Assembly (NCBI RefSeq): GCF_009914755.1
Contig: NC_060942.1
DNA length: 64,000 nucleotides
Strand: one strand, 5' to 3'
Source of the DNA: the human T2T-CHM13v2.0 reference genome, Homo sapiens
Shown: positions 47,666 to 62,709 of the stretch, one piece after another
How the letters are laid out: the number at the start of each line of letters is the position of its first letter
Position numbering within the stretch: the stretch's first letter is position 1
Program-made: the position numbers and the translations under genes
Notes under the pieces: generated by a model
Told to the model about the DNA's origin: nothing
Databases searched by the model: none
Seen by the model: only the letters and a program-made list of their open reading frames with translations

Positions 47666-48922
47666 TGCCTCCTGCAGTTCTCCCATCCTCCCCAGTCCTC
47701 TCCTCCCTGCTTTTAAATGTTTCTTCCAGGATCTTTTTTTTTCTGTTCCTCTAATAAATCTAATGAGTTTTCCCTAATGAGTTTTTCATCCCACTAATGA
47801 GGGTCTTCCTCTGGGTATATGCATGTCTGTGCACACATGGAGTATTTCTATAATATAGTGTAATTGACCCTCCTCATCTTTAAGAAATTCAGCCAAACCC
47901 AGTGCAGTGGATCCAGTACTGAGGAGCACACAGAACACTAGCTACTTTTTCTCAGTGACCTAGTCCTAGAGAACATTTGCACAAGTACATGTTTCAATTA
48001 GGAAGAAGCAAATGCTTCTAGTGAAGGATAGAGAGACTCTGAAATGCATGTACGAAGCAACTAACAGCTATTGGGCACCCACCAATTACTATCCCTAATA
48101 TTGGCATAGCACCCCCACAGTTTTCAAAGCACTTTCCAGGCTTTATTTCATGTGATGTACAGGACACTGTGTTAGAACCTCTAATATGGAGGGATATGGA
48201 CATTGTTAGAAATGGGACCAGTCAGTGTCCAATATAGTCTTTAGAAAAATGTAGATCACTTTCATGTCTCTTTAAGCCAATTCCCATCTTTGCTTTCTCA
48301 AAGACTTTTACATGCATATGAAATGGATTAGCTTTATTTACAGCAGGTCTGCAACTATTCAGCAATTAAAAGACATAATCTCTTATAAGACATACTACTC
48401 CTGGTACAGCAGGGTGACTAACCTTTTGAAGGAGGTCTAGCCAGTAACAGCTTTGGAATGGTCACTAATATTGTGGGAAATTAGGTTTGAGAAATTGTAA
48501 AAGACATCATTCATTTATTACTCTGTTAGGTCAACTAGGAAAGACCGGCTGGTAACCACAGTTGTTTGTTTCTGGCAAGTTTGGCCCACAGGTTTTGGTA
48601 AATTAAAATAGTGGTTGTGCAGGGTATGGATTTTATGAAATGATATAAAGTAGAAGATTATCTCTGGTCTGGAGTGAATATAAATTGGTGAGAGAATGAT
48701 GAGGAGGAGTTGATGAAAGGAAGAGCATTGGCCTAGAAGCCAAGATTCTGCTTTCAACTATTTGGGCTTTTCAGCAAATAACATATGCATTCTCTGCATA
48801 TGTTAAAAATCAAGTATAAAAACATTTAATGCCTTGGAAAAATATTTATAAAATATTATTTCTAAAAATAAGTTATCAGCTTACATGAGAGTACTACTTT
48901 GTAAGAAGACTTAAAAAGTATA

Positions 48923-49066
48923 GGCTGGGTGGAATGGTGCACACTTGTAGTCCCAGCTACTTGGGAGGCTGAGGTGGGAGGATCACTTCAGCCCGGGTGT
49001 TCAAGGCCAGCCTGGTAACATGGTGAGATCCCTGTCTCTAAACAAATAAAATTAAATTTTAAAAAA
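48923..49066 (+). mobile_element. Alu monomer (FLAM_A-like)
   Basis: TGTAGTCCCAGCTACTTGGGAGGCTGAGGTGGGAGGATCAC...CCTGTCTCTAAA plus A-rich tail. Confidence 0.8.
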
Positions 49067-49309
49067 GAATGTGACCAAAATGTGTTTTTTTCTCATGGTT
49101 TTATGCATTGTACCAGTTTTCTACCACGATTATTTTTGTAAATGCAGCTTGGGGGAAGACTGTGGTCATTAATCTATATTGAATACAATTTTATAATAAG
49201 AGTTTCAGAAGTTTTTTGAGCAATGGAATAAGAACATGATCTGCCAAGGAACTAATTTGAAACCATAAACATCCATTTAAAAGCAGTAGGCCTGACAAAT
49301 TAGTCACTG

Positions 49310-50410
49310 CTTTTTAAAAAATAGAATTTATTTTTTAGCGCAGTTTTAGATTCACAGCCAAATTGAACAAAGTATAGAGAATTCCCACGTACCTCTCTGC
49401 ATGCTCACCTTCCCCCACTGTCAACATCCCAAAATACAGTGGTATGTTGTTAAATCGATGAACCTACACTGGCATGATTATCAACCAAAGTCCATTTTAC
49501 ATGAGGGTTCATGCTTGCTGTTGTACATTCTGTGGTTTTGGACAAATGTATAATGATGCCTATCGGTTACTATAATCTATCATATAGAATGGTTTCGCTG
49601 CCCTAGAAATCTTGTACTCTACCTATTCATCCCTTCCTCCCCGCAACCCCTGGCAATCACTTATCCTTTTACTGTCTCTATAGTTTTGCCTTTTCCAGAA
49701 TGTTATCTATTTGGAATCATACAGTATATAGGCTTTTCAATTGGCTTCTTCCACTTAGTGATATGCATCTAAATTTCCTTCATGTTCTTTCATGGCTTGA
49801 TAGCTCATTTCTTTTAGCTCTGAATAATATTCCATTGTCTGAGTATACCACAATTTATTTATCCATTCACCTACTGAACGACATCTTGGTTGTTTCTAAG
49901 TTTTGGCAATTATGAATAAAGCTGCTATAAACATCCCTGTGCCAGTTTCTCTGTGAACATAAGTTTTCAATTCATTTGGGTAAATACCAAGGGTTGCAAT
50001 TGTTGGGTCAGAGTAATTGCTGAGTAAGAGTATGGTTAGTCTTTACTTTAAAAAAACCTGCCAAAGTGCCTTTCAAAGTGTTTGTACTGTTTTGCATCCC
50101 ACCAGCAATCAGTGAGTTTCTGTTGCTCTACATCCTCGCCAGCATTTGCTATTTTGGATTTTCACCATCCCAGTAAGTGTGCAGTGGTACTTCACTGTTG
50201 TTTTAACTTTCCATTCCTTGATGATGTGATGTTGTCTTTTCATATGCTTGGTTACCATCTGTATATCTTCTTTTGTGAAGTGTCAGTTCATGTGTTTTGC
50301 CCATTTTTAAGTGGATTTTTTTTTTAGTGTTGAATTTAGGAGGGTTTGTCTGTGTTTGTATATTTTGGATACCAGTCCTTTATCAGATACGTCCTTTGCA
50401 ACTATTTCTC
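49310..50410 (-). mobile_element. L1 3' region (L1MB/L1MC-like)
   Basis: CAGTTTTAGATTCACAGC..., TTTTGGCAATTATGAATAAAGCTGCTATAAACATC, CCTTTATCAGATA are typical antisense L1M 3' sequence. Confidence 0.8.
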
Positions 50411-51216
50411 TCATTCTGAATCACTACTTTTTATGTCATCTATTTTATAGGTTCGAGGATTATATTTTTAAATCTCTTTTTCTTTTGAACTTCTGAGAGC
50501 CCTGACTTTTATTTATTTTAGACTAAATTCAAAGCAACAACTAGCTTTTGAATGGCAGAGAGCAAAATCGATCAAACAAGTAGTACTTACTATGCTCCCT
50601 TCACAAACATTTTGAAACACAGGTTGCCTTATTTGTTGTGTTTTCTAGCACTCTGAATAAAGGCTTATCATCTTAAGCAATAAAACTTTCTATTTGAATT
50701 CTTTTGGATGGATATGTTTATAAAATAGGTTACTGTTTTACCTGCCTACTTACATTGCAAATATTGAGCATAACTGAACCTCTTCATTATGACTTTAAAT
50801 CATAAGATAATACTCTAAAAAACAAGAATAAGATGCTATGAAAAAAGAAAGAATCAGAGAATAAGAAGAAGCTCCTGGAAATTAAAAATGTTATTATCTA
50901 AATAAATTCTGCTAAAAAATAAGGCCAAGGAAATTGCTCAGAATATAGAACAAAAGAGACAAAGGAATGGAACACTGTGGGAAAAAAAGTCTTTAAAAAT
51001 CAGTTCAGGATATCCCCTATCCAATTAATAGGTATTCATAAAAATAAACCAGAGAAAAAATAGTGAAATAATTTACCAAAGAAATAATAAAGAAGTTTTC
51101 CAAAAATGAGAACATGAGAATTTCTAGCTTGACAATGGCTAGGCAGTGAATGGAAAATGACCTACACCAAAGAAATTGTGTAATTTTAGAACCCTAGGGT
51201 TAAAAATGAGATCGTA

Positions 51217-51565
<349 letters not shown>

Positions 51566-51727
51566 TCAGGAATAGGAATGGTAATGTTATACCTTTTCAA
51601 GCTATCAAGCTTAAAGTAGAATAAAGACACTTTCAGGCATACGAATTCTCAACATTTATCTCCCATACACCTTTACTCAAGAGAATGTGTGCTATTTTTT
51701 GTTGATGTTGTTGCTTTGGTAATTTAC

Positions 51728-51782
51728 GAAGAAAAGAGGTTTAATTGACTCATGATTCCACAGGCTGTACTGGAAGCATGGC
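51728..51782. mobile_element. Short MaLR (MST/THE1-like) LTR fragment
   Basis: GAAGAAAAGAGGTTTAATTGACTCA...CCACAGGCTGTAC..GAAGCATGGC. Confidence 0.55.
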
Positions 51783-52376
51783 GGAAAGTGTGCTATTAAA
51801 ACAAGAGAGGGACCAGAAGAGAAAGATTCAGTTTCTAGGGGATCCAATGCAAGAAAATGTCAAAGGGAAATCCCAGAAAAAGCATCTATTGCAGGTCTTA
51901 GAGTCAGTCTCTAGAGTAGAACGGGAGGATAGAGGCTCCAAGAGGGAAGCAAGAGGTGAGTGAGTAGAAAGGACACAAAATCTTATGTATTTGATGGCAT
52001 GGGAAGTGATATGAGATGTGTTAGTGTTTTGATTATTAACAATACGTATGTTGAAAAGTAACCTAATAAAAATGGGGTGGTTATTCATTTCAAAAAAAAA
52101 AAAAATGTACAGAAATGGAAAAGTAACCATGGTATTTTTGGCTCCACAGTGAACAACTTTTATATGGTCCTAATAATGTAATCAGCAAATATTGATCCAA
52201 CTGTAGGGAAGGATAGTTTGAAAAGGGTATAAGACAGCTTAGTTCTCATCTGTCTTAAAGGAAGTGAATAGTTAATGCCTAACACACATATCATGAAACA
52301 ATGATATATTATTTAGAAACATGGAAGTACATATCAGAAGAAACAGCTAAAATAATTAAGGTTGTTTCCTCTAGGG

Positions 52377-52557
52377 CAAGGGTGTCCAAACTTTTGTGTT
52401 CCCTGGGCCACAGTGGAAGAAGAATTCCCTTGGGCCACACATAAAATACACTAACACTAATGATAGCTGATGAGAAAAAAAAAGCAAAAAAAAATCTCAT
52501 GTTTTAAGAAAATTTACAAATTTGTGTTGGGCCACATTCAAAGCTATCCTGGGCCAC
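52377..52557. mobile_element. MER30-like hAT MITE
   Basis: TTGGGCCACACATAAAATACACTAACACTAATGATAGCTGATGAG. Confidence 0.75.
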
Positions 52558-52745
52558 AGACAAAAAAGTAGAGAGGTGGTTGCCAGGGGCTGGGGGCAGG
52601 GGAGATGTGGAGTTACTCTTTAATGGAAACGAAGTTTCAATTCGGGAAGATGAAAATTTTCTGGAGATGGATGGTGGTGATGGTTGTACAACAATGTGAA
52701 TGTATTTAATGACACTGAACTGTACACTTAAAAATGGTTAAAATG
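52558..52745 (+). mobile_element. L1M 3' end (continues at ~53395-53445 after two nested Alus)
   Basis: GGAGATGGATGGTGGTGATGGTTGTACAACAATGTGAAT...CACTTAAAAATGGTTAAAAT. Confidence 0.75.
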
Positions 52746-52747
52746 AT

Positions 52748-53061
<314 letters not shown>

Positions 53062-53072
53062 AGTTTAAAATG

Positions 53073-53395
53073 GGTCCGGTGTGGTGGCTCACGCCTGTAA
53101 TCCCAGCACTTTGAAAGGACAAAGTAAGAAGATTGCTTGAGGCCAGGAATTTGAGAACAACTTAGCCAACATTGTGAGACTCTCATCTCTACAAAAAATA
53201 TAGAAATCAGCCAGATTAGTTTTATCTAGGTGGTAGTGTGCACCTGTAGTCCCAGCTACTGAGGAGACTGAAGCAGAAGGATCACCTGAGCCTAGGGAGG
53301 GCAGGGCTGCCATGAGCCCTGACCATACCACTGTACTCCAGCCTGGGCCACAGGGTGAGACCCTGTCTCAAAAAAAAATTAAAAAAGAAAAAAAA
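53073..53395 (+). mobile_element. AluJ
   Basis: Diverged dimer (GAGGCCAGGAATTTGAG; GTGAGACCCTGTCTC). Confidence 0.88.
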
Positions 53396-53528
53396 TGGTT
53401 AAAATGGTAAATTTTATATTACATATATTTTACCACAATAAAAAAGCAACTTAGAAAAAAATTTAGTATTATTTGATTTTCAAATATTTATATGCATATT
53501 TTAATTTCATTATAACATTAATTTTTAG

Positions 53529-53951
<423 letters not shown>

Positions 53952-54727
53952 TAATTTAGGCCACACAAAGACCTTTTATGGCTTTTGTCTAGTTCTTACC
54001 TGTATTCTACTTAGATAAAGATAGATAAGTTATTTTCAAATAAGGGAAGTATTACTGAACATGACTATTTTGTGAATACATTTTGGGGCAATTTGAGATA
54101 CCAGTTTCCTAAATGTAGCACATTAACACTGTGAATAAGTGCACGGATTCATCCAGTTTGAGCAAAGACCTTATCATACAGGAGTTGTCCTTTTATGGCC
54201 TCTGCTATTCTCAGTGGCTATTCTAAATCCTTGCCTGTGCAGTCACCCCTGAATGGTTTGTGGGAACTCATCTCTGCATTTGGCAAGGACTGGGCGGGGC
54301 TCTGAGTGAACTACAGATATGGTAGCAGGTAAGTGCCTGTGTTGTCACAGATGATTTCTGGCTCACAGCTGATTATCTTTTTCTAATCAGTTTCCTTAAC
54401 CTGGTCCCAATAGTAGTAGATGTACATTTGTTTCTTCACGATTATAAGCAATAAAAGGCCGATTGGCTCGGCAGGAAGAAGTCCAAGTGGTAAAGAGCAA
54501 TCCTAATTAAAATCATTGTCCCTTAAGTTTACAATTGAGAAGGCAGCTGTGAGAAGAAAATAACAATGGAAAACAACTTTATATGTCCTTAGAGACTTCA
54601 AATTGCTTTCCAGCCTTTAAGTCATGCTGCTTGGCTTTGACAGGTTACATTTACCTTCCAGGGTTTATTGCCGTAGGAGCAGTGTTATTTTTTGTTGTCA
54701 TCCTACCTAAATTTTCCTCTGTTCCAG

Positions 54728-54798
54728 TGCGAGATGAGGACAGAAGCACGACGAAAAAATCTTCTCATTTTGATTTCGCATTATTTAACACAAGAAGG
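54728..54798 (+). CDS. KATNAL2: KATNAL2 internal coding exon (71 nt; [24 protein letters not shown], start of LisH motif)
   Basis: TTTTCCTCTGTTCCAG| acceptor, |GTATGT donor; peptide recognised as katanin p60-like 2 N-terminus; phase matches the next exon. Confidence 0.92.
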
Positions 54799-54869
54799 GT
54801 ATGTTACAGTACAAACATTTATAGAGATGATTCCTCTTTCTCTGCTCTCTACTTTTCCAGATGCGTACT

Positions 54870-55205
54870 TTTAAATACAATAGACTTTCTTGTTTAGAGC
54901 AATTCTATATTTACAGAAAAATCGAGCAGAAAGTACAGAGTTCTGTATGCCCCTTCCCTTTTCCAGTTTCCTCTCCCAGTGACATCTGTATTGATGTGGT
55001 TTATTACTACCGTTGATGAGCCAATACATTATTAACTGAAGTCCATAGTTTACATTAGGGTATACTCTTTGTGTTATATTGTGCTGTGAGTTTTGACAAA
55101 TGCGTAATGGCCATGTATTTGCCAATATGGTACCATACAAAATCATTTCGCTGCCCTAAAAATCCCCTGTGCACCACCGATTCCTCCTCCTGCCCCAACA
55201 ACCCA
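54870..55205 (-). mobile_element. L1MC-like 3' end
   Basis: TTTAGAGCAATTCTATATTTACAGAAAAATCGAGCAGAAAGTACAGAGTTC. Confidence 0.7.
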
Positions 55206-55213
55206 GACATACA

Positions 55214-55490
55214 CTTTTTTTTTCTTTTGAGACAGTGTCTCATTCTCTTGTCAAGGCTGGAGTGTAATCATGGCTCACTGCGACCTCTAACCACATCCCC
55301 CTGCTCCCAGCCTCCCCAGTAGCTGAGACTGCTGGTGTGTACCATCATGCCTGGCTAATTTTTGTATTTTTTGTACAGACAGGGTCTCACCATGTTTTCC
55401 ATGCTGGTCTCAAATTCCTGAGCTCAAATGATCAGCCCACCTCAGCCTCCCAAAGTTCTGGCATTACAGGTGTGAGCCACTGCACCTGGC
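55214..55490 (-). mobile_element. AluJ
   Basis: Antisense diverged Alu dimer. Confidence 0.85.
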
Positions 55491-55979
55491 TTCAGACTTA
55501 TGCTTTTATTGCCTCATTTACCTAGATATTTTTCACATTAGATGTTGAAAACTTTTCAACAGACCTATCCAGTACATAAAGTACTTTTCCTTTCCTCTAC
55601 ACATTTGAAGATAGCACAGAAATGAGGTTTTTCTATAGTCTCACTGCTGGCTATGTGCACAAGATAACTTTCTTAATCAGTTTTTCTTTCCTCAAAATAA
55701 ACGTATTGCATTTACTTGGACAACCTAAACCCAACTCTCTTCTTCCTCGCAATGCCCATTCTATAACTGGCAGGGTGAGGAAATTTAAAAACTTTTGGGT
55801 TTGGCCACCTACCTCATTAAAAACACACAAGCAATTACAGTAAGGGCTGCTGCTACTGTGCTGGATGATATAAGAGTAAGAGAGCTGCTCCACAAAGTGT
55901 TTGAAGGGCACTATCTACTTTATATTCGCTTTTCTTTTCAAATTTCAGCCAGGAAGAAAACATGTAGGTTTCAGACTAA

Positions 55980-56252
<273 letters not shown>

Positions 56253-56276
56253 GGCTTTAAAACTTTTGAGTTAGAG

Positions 56277-56472
56277 CAGTGGTTCTCAATTAGGATGATT
56301 TTGTTCCTTGGGAGATATTTGGCACTGCTTAGAGGTCTTTTTGGCTGTCACACTGGCATCTAGTGGGTATAGGCCAAGGATACTGCCAAATGCCATCTGA
56401 CGCACAGGACAGCCCCCATAACAAATAATTATCTGACTTTGAATGTCAACAGTGCCAAGATGGAGAAATCTG
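56277..56472. mobile_element. MER20-like hAT MITE
   Basis: CAGTGGTTCTCAA...CTGGCATCTAGTGGGTA.AGGCCA...GCACAGGACAGCCCC...AATGTCAACAGTGCC. Confidence 0.75.
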
Positions 56473-57088
56473 GAGTTAGAGCAAGAAAAACCAATCAATT
56501 TTTGATATTTTCCCAAAAAGTCTGATAAGCATCTTTTCCTCCATTAAATAAGGGAGCTACTGGAACTAAAAGTCGGTTTTGAGACTCCAGTGACCCTCGT
56601 CCTGGAGAGGTACAAAGGAAAAAGGTGAGGAGGGCAGGAGGCAGTTGACAACGAACTGAGAGTTCCCATTGTTTCTCTTACCCATGCCAGCAACCACTGC
56701 TTTCAATAAACCTATTGCCCCCTAGAAGGAAATGAGTGCCCCCGTCCCATGGTTAGCAGACAGGCAGGCCATCAGTCACTTCTCAGCTTAGGCTCAAACT
56801 CTGTATCTCCACATAGCAGTGGGGTGGAATTGAGCCCCGGAGCAGGGCAGGGCTGACTTTGGTCTTTCTGTGCCTCTGTTTCTCCATCTGGGCTATAAGA
56901 GCATTCCTGAAATTGACAAGCCAGACAGTCTGCATGTGGGTAGTGGGCTGCTCTGCTCTATTCACCAGGCACTTAAGTAAAGTAACCCCAAGGGTAGCAT
57001 ATGAGAAAGTGCTAAGTGTTCAATCTATGACAGGGCTGTGGGGCTTGTTGTCATAGGGACGGCTTCCAGGATATGCGTATAAACTTAG

Positions 57089-57394
<306 letters not shown>

Positions 57395-57404
57395 AGACTA
57401 TTTT

Positions 57405-57600
57405 CTTTCAAATGTCTGCTCTTCCCTTTGCTAATCTGTGATCTTGGACAAGTTACTTATTCTCTTTATGCTTCAGTTCCCTTGTCTGTAGAATGGAGTA
57501 ATGGGGTATAGCTAAGTATCAGGTAGATGCCATTATTACGAGGATTAAATATGTAACATGCTTAGAATCATGCCTGACAATTACACTTATACTTCTATTA
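57405..57600. mobile_element. MIR fragment
   Basis: TGTGATCTTGGACAAGTTACTT...CTTCAGTTCC..TCTGTAGAATGG core. Confidence 0.7.
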
Positions 57601-57979
57601 TTGATAGGATTTGGGTTTTATTCTCTTAATACCCAACTTGGTTCAGCAAAGGACTTAAAGAAACTGGAATGTGGGCTTGGCCCATTTTACATCATCTTTT
57701 GATGGAATCTCAGCTCTATCCAAAGAACCCTGAGTTAAAATACCTCAAGGTGCTTTTCTGAGTGTGTGCAGCACTTGGAGCAGTAGTTATACAGAATATT
57801 AATAGGTGTTAAAGAGTTTTGTGGTCAGGTAAGCTTGGCAGATATTGGGTTAAATTAAACTAGGTCCCTCATTTCAGGACTTCTCAGACCATCTGATTTA
57901 CTATGTGCAATGAGAATATCATACTAAAGTCACAGTATTCAAGGTTTTGCAAATCAATTTGGCCAAAGCTTTTCCAGGG

Positions 57980-58447
57980 TTTTGTTATTGTGGTTGTTGT
58001 TTTGGAGACAGGGTCTCACCTATCATCCAGGCTGGAGTGCAGTTGCCCAATCATGGCTCACTGCAGCCTCAAATTCCTGGGTTCAAGTGATCCTCTCACT
58101 TCAACCTCCTGTGTAGCTGAAACTACAGGTGTATGCCACGACACTGTTTGTTTATTTATTTATTTCCTTATTCATTTATTTTTGGTAAAGATGGAATCTC
58201 GCTATGTAGACATAGCTGGCCTTGAACTTGTGGTCTCATGCAATCCTCCCACCTCAGCCTCCCAATTAGCTCAACTGCAGGTGCGTGCCGCCATGGCTAC
58301 TTTTTGTTTCGTTGTTTTGTTTTGTTTTTTGGTAGAGATGAGATTTATCTGTTGCCCAGGCTGGTCTGGGACTCCTGGGCTCAAGCGATCCACCCACCTT
58401 GGCTTCCAGAGTGCTGAGATTACTGGCATGAACCACCATGCCTGGCC
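57980..58447 (-). mobile_element. AluJ plus an extra left-arm monomer
   Basis: Dimer at ~57980-58300 followed by a second left arm at ~58300-58447. Confidence 0.75.
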
Positions 58448-59469
58448 TAAGGAACTCTTTTTTTTTTCTCAGACCATCTTTAGAGACGAGTTTTCCACAG
58501 ATAACTTTGAGAATGCTGTCTTCCTAGATAAGTTGACTCTTATAAAACTTAAACTCACCATGCCAGGTCCCAGCACTGTGAACATAGTAACAGAATCTCA
58601 GTAAATGTTATTTGCATAGCCATTGAGGAACTTACTAGAATGTAGATGGGTAGAATAATTAGAAACGAAGACAATGCCATTTTCACAAATTATCCCTGAT
58701 TTTTTATTACAATGTATTTTTTGTTCCAGAAATTGTATCAGAAAGAAGAACTGTAAAAACAAAAAGATAAAAATAAAAGTCAGATGTAGTTGTTAAGGCC
58801 AAGTAGTTTGCTGCTTACAAAGCATGCATTTTTCCTTTCTGCCACGAGATGGCTCTTTGTATCGTGAATCAATGAAAGTTCTACTAGAACTGATCATTTT
58901 CCGAAACCTGCTGGGAAAGGGACAAATGAGTGGACTGTCAAAACGAAAATGAACTATAGGTATTTTTAAGGACATATGAGTGTCAATAAAAGAGATCTGC
59001 CTTAACGAAGTTCTACAAATTCAGCAGAGGATAGATTACTGTGGATTAAAATAAACAATCAGGGAAAGCTTTGTAGAGAGGGTGACGTGAGCTGGACTTA
59101 AAAGATGTATAGAATATGAATAGACCGATGTGATGTAAGGCCATTCCTGGCAGAGGCACAGAGGAAGAAGGGGCACAGCCTAAGTGGAACAATTAAGTAA
59201 ACAAGAAGACCAGAGTTTGAATGTGTGAGTGAGAATTGGTGACAGCAGACAATGGAGGGTCATGGATGCTGGTTCTTCTATTAATAGTCCTCCATATCCA
59301 TCTTCTCGGGCTTGGGTAATTTTAGTAGCCTCTGCGTCTCTCTCTTGTGTCTTGTTATTATGGCCCAGTATTGCACACTACTCCTAAAGTCCCGTCCTGT
59401 CGCTCTGTTGGTTAAGAATCTCTAGCGGCTCCTCCTGCCAACCACATCGAATTCAAACCTCATTCAAGC

Positions 59470-59715
59470 TCAGCTCACTTGAGACCAGACGTTCGGGACC
59501 AGCCTGGGCAGCACAGCAAGACCGCATCTCTACAAAAAATAAAATAAAATAAATAGCTGGGCGTGGTGGTGCACGCCTGTAGTCCAAGCTACTTGAAAGG
59601 CTGAGGTGGGAGGATTGTTTGAGCCCAGGAGTTCCAGGCTGCAGTGAGCCAAGATTGTGCCACTCCAGCTTAGGTGACAGAACAAGGCCCTGTCTCTAAA
59701 AAGAAAAAAAAAAAA
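59470..59715 (+). mobile_element. AluJ, 5'-truncated
   Basis: CCAGCCTGGGCAGCACAGCAAGACC...GCAGTGAGCCAAGATTGTGCCAC...A tail. Confidence 0.85.
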
Positions 59716-60051
59716 GGTTAAAAAAAGTTTGTAAAAACAGAGGAAATGTTAGTCATTTTCTCTGAGGGGCAGAATTTTCTTTTGATTTACCAGTATTTTC
59801 TAGTTTTTTCTTAAGTGAATATGTATTACTCCATACTAAAGTTATTAATAAAAAACTGATTTAGTTTTTCTCTCTGTAAAATGAGGATTAAGACATAGTA
59901 TAGAAGCATGGTGAGACATGAAAAAGTATAGAAGGTGATTGGCTAGAGTCAACTGACTGTGGTTTGCAGCTTCTTTAAAATTAGCTTAGGAGAGATACAT
60001 ACATTTCAAGGTCATTGAAAATAATCATGGCATCTTCTTTTAAGAAAGTTC

Positions 60052-60185
60052 AGGCTAGGCATAGTGGCTCACACCTGTAATCCCAACACTTTGGAGGCCA
60101 AGAAGGGAATCAATTGCTTGAGGCCAGGAGTTTGAAAGCAGCCTGGGCATCATAAGGAGACCTTGTCTGAAAGAAAGAAAGAAAG
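60052..60185 (+). mobile_element. Alu monomer (FLAM_C-like) with (GAAA)n tail
   Basis: GGCTAGGCATAGTGGCTCACACCTGTAATCCC... Confidence 0.8.
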
Positions 60186-61150
60186 AGAGAGAAGAGGAGG
60201 GCTACTAAAAAAGAAAGTTTTCTCTTTCTACTTTCCTGGATCTAGATTCAAATGAAACAGAAAGAACTCTAACCTGCAGCAGAAATCTGAATCTGGGGTC
60301 CTTGGATGAGCTCCTGAAATTGTATGCTAATTTGCACATGTGCACACTTTTCAGGAGAAAATTGTTGGTTTTAAAAGAAGTTAAGAACTAAAATTTAAGA
60401 CCTGGAGAGTCTTTCTTCTTTCAGAGGATTTTGAGACACAGCCCTTGCTTCCAGTGCTAAGGCCACTTATATTGGACAGTTTTACAACTGAACAAGTTAA
60501 AAATGACAGTAAGGAACAAAGATCAAGGTACTACTTTTATACAGAAACACTCTGAAGTGCAATGTGTGACTGATTAAAAAATTACCAGAAACAAATAATA
60601 CATTCCAAGTGGATGTTATCTTATATGAAAGTTCTTTGATGATCTTGATTGGTAGATCTTTGGAATTTCCTTCAGTGCTCGAGACTTGTTAATGTGAATT
60701 ACTTCAATGATGGCAAATTTGGGTTGAATTTGGGTTTTATCATTTTGCCAAATGTTACCTAAAATGAATACCTGTGAATAAAGAGGTAACCAAGTTTGGG
60801 CAGATACCCATTTTAGGCTGCAAATGAGTAAAGACAAATCACAAGATGTTTCTTGGTTGATTTACTTATTTGACTTTTAAGCACTTCCAAAAACATCCTT
60901 AACAACGGTGACATCACCAGAATAAGTATGTAACTTTCAAAGGCAACTGCTTTGAAAGATAATAGTTAAATATACTTAACAAATATGGGGCTCTTTATAG
61001 GCAAACCTCCTATGCACATACTAGTTTTCATCTAATGTGCTATATATAGGCTTACTTTTTGTATTGCATCCCTTTAGACTTGTAATGCCTGTTAGCCATT
61101 ATTCTTTTCACCTCAGTTAATTTCTTCTTTTTATTCTGTGAAACTGCCAG

Positions 61151-61317
61151 GTATATCGATACAGCAAATGCTTTGGAGCAAGAAACTAAACTGGGGTTAC
61201 GACGGTTTGAAGTTTGTGACAACATTGATCTTGAAACTATTTTGATGGAATATGAGAGTTATTATTTTGTAAAATTTCAGAAATACCCCAAAATTGTCAA
61301 AAAGTCATCAGACACAG
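61151..61317 (+). CDS. KATNAL2: KATNAL2 internal coding exon (167 nt; [55 protein letters not shown])
   Basis: GCCAG| acceptor, |GTACAT donor; GG+G completes Gly with the previous exon. Confidence 0.94.
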
Positions 61318-62666
61318 GTACATGCCTATTTTCTAGAGATAAGGCTTTGTCTCATCTGTAAGATTAGTGTTTCTTTCTCATCTTATTCCCAGATAGATGG
61401 AGACCCTCACCCTGCACCAAAGGAGTAGGCCAGGAGGATTGTGTAGCCATTCTCATATCCAGCACAGACAACTGAAATATGATTACCTGGACACTGATAT
61501 CCCTTTAGGCACTTTGGCATTTGTTTGAGAAAATGTGTTTTCAGGCAATGAAAGCAAAACCCCAGTGTATCATAGGTACTTTTCAGATGATTAGCATTAC
61601 TTTAATTTCCTTAGAGATGAAAAGAACTGTTGGAAGAGGATAAATGACAGAAGACTTTTTTTGTTTTTAGGAGACCTATTATCTGTCTTGAAAATAACTA
61701 CAAAAATGAGTATTGGGGAAGCTAATAGCTCATGTATAGATAATGAAAAGCTTTTGAAAGCCATCAATCCAGATAATGATCAATATAATATAAAAACCCA
61801 GTATAGGTTAGCAGTCAACAAGGCTGGCTGGAGGAAAGATCTAAAGTGGGGGCCCTGTGCTTTGTAGTAACATTGACTGAGAAGTCTGTAAGTGGGGGAA
61901 GTAATTATAAACCAAGGGAGATCATTGTCCTGTTTACAAGCCACTTGTTAAGCCACAGACTTTAACATTTCATGTAGGGACCGGGAAACCAAGAGGAACA
62001 TCAATTTAAAATAGCCAGGGCCAGATCTCAGAGCTAGAAAAGGTCAAAGAGGTATTTTATCTGAGCTCCCTTCCAATGCAGCATTCAGAGCTTGACTTCC
62101 TTGGCAGGTGGTTAGATGTGGGCCTTGAAGAGACAGCCCAGACTCCTAAACACAGGGTGATCAGCACTGTTAGTGACATGATCTCACTTCCAGATGGCTA
62201 GTTCCCATCTAGCATGATACCCAAATTCTCCTATGATATTGGACACGTTATTTTTATTTTAACTAGCAGAGTATGACTTCAGTGTTCCCTGCCAGATTCG
62301 TGCAATCATCCTGGTGTCCCATGTAATGCAGCAAAATGGTGTCAAGTTCATGAAAGCGTAATGAAATGGTAGCTGTAAAGCTAGCCTATATTGGAGTTGC
62401 CACCAGGTCCACAGTCTCTGACATGTTTAATATCTGAGCCCTTTGCAATCTTCCTCTGTGAGGAGATGCTGGAGAAGCTCAGGCCTCTTTCTCTTCGCTG
62501 GTAATTTCAGTTCTCTCTAGATGAGAATAGCTTAAAGTCTCTAGATTCCAATTGGTTAAAACTCAAATTTTAAGAACAATGCAAAAAGGGGAAACATACC
62601 TGAAAAAAATCACTTTGTCACTCTTAAAATTATTTTCTTTCCCTCCCAATGTCTGTTTTGTCACAG

Positions 62667-62709
62667 CAGAAAATAATTTACCGCAAAGAAGTAGAGGGAA
62701 GACCAGAAG
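62667..62709 (+). CDS. KATNAL2: KATNAL2 internal coding exon (43 nt; AENNLPQRSRGKTR)
   Basis: TTTTGTCACAG| acceptor, |GTAAAG donor; G+CA completes Ala in frame. Confidence 0.88.

Noticed and set aside
57903-58604. 233-aa ORF
   Set aside because: Translation of antisense AluJ sequence.
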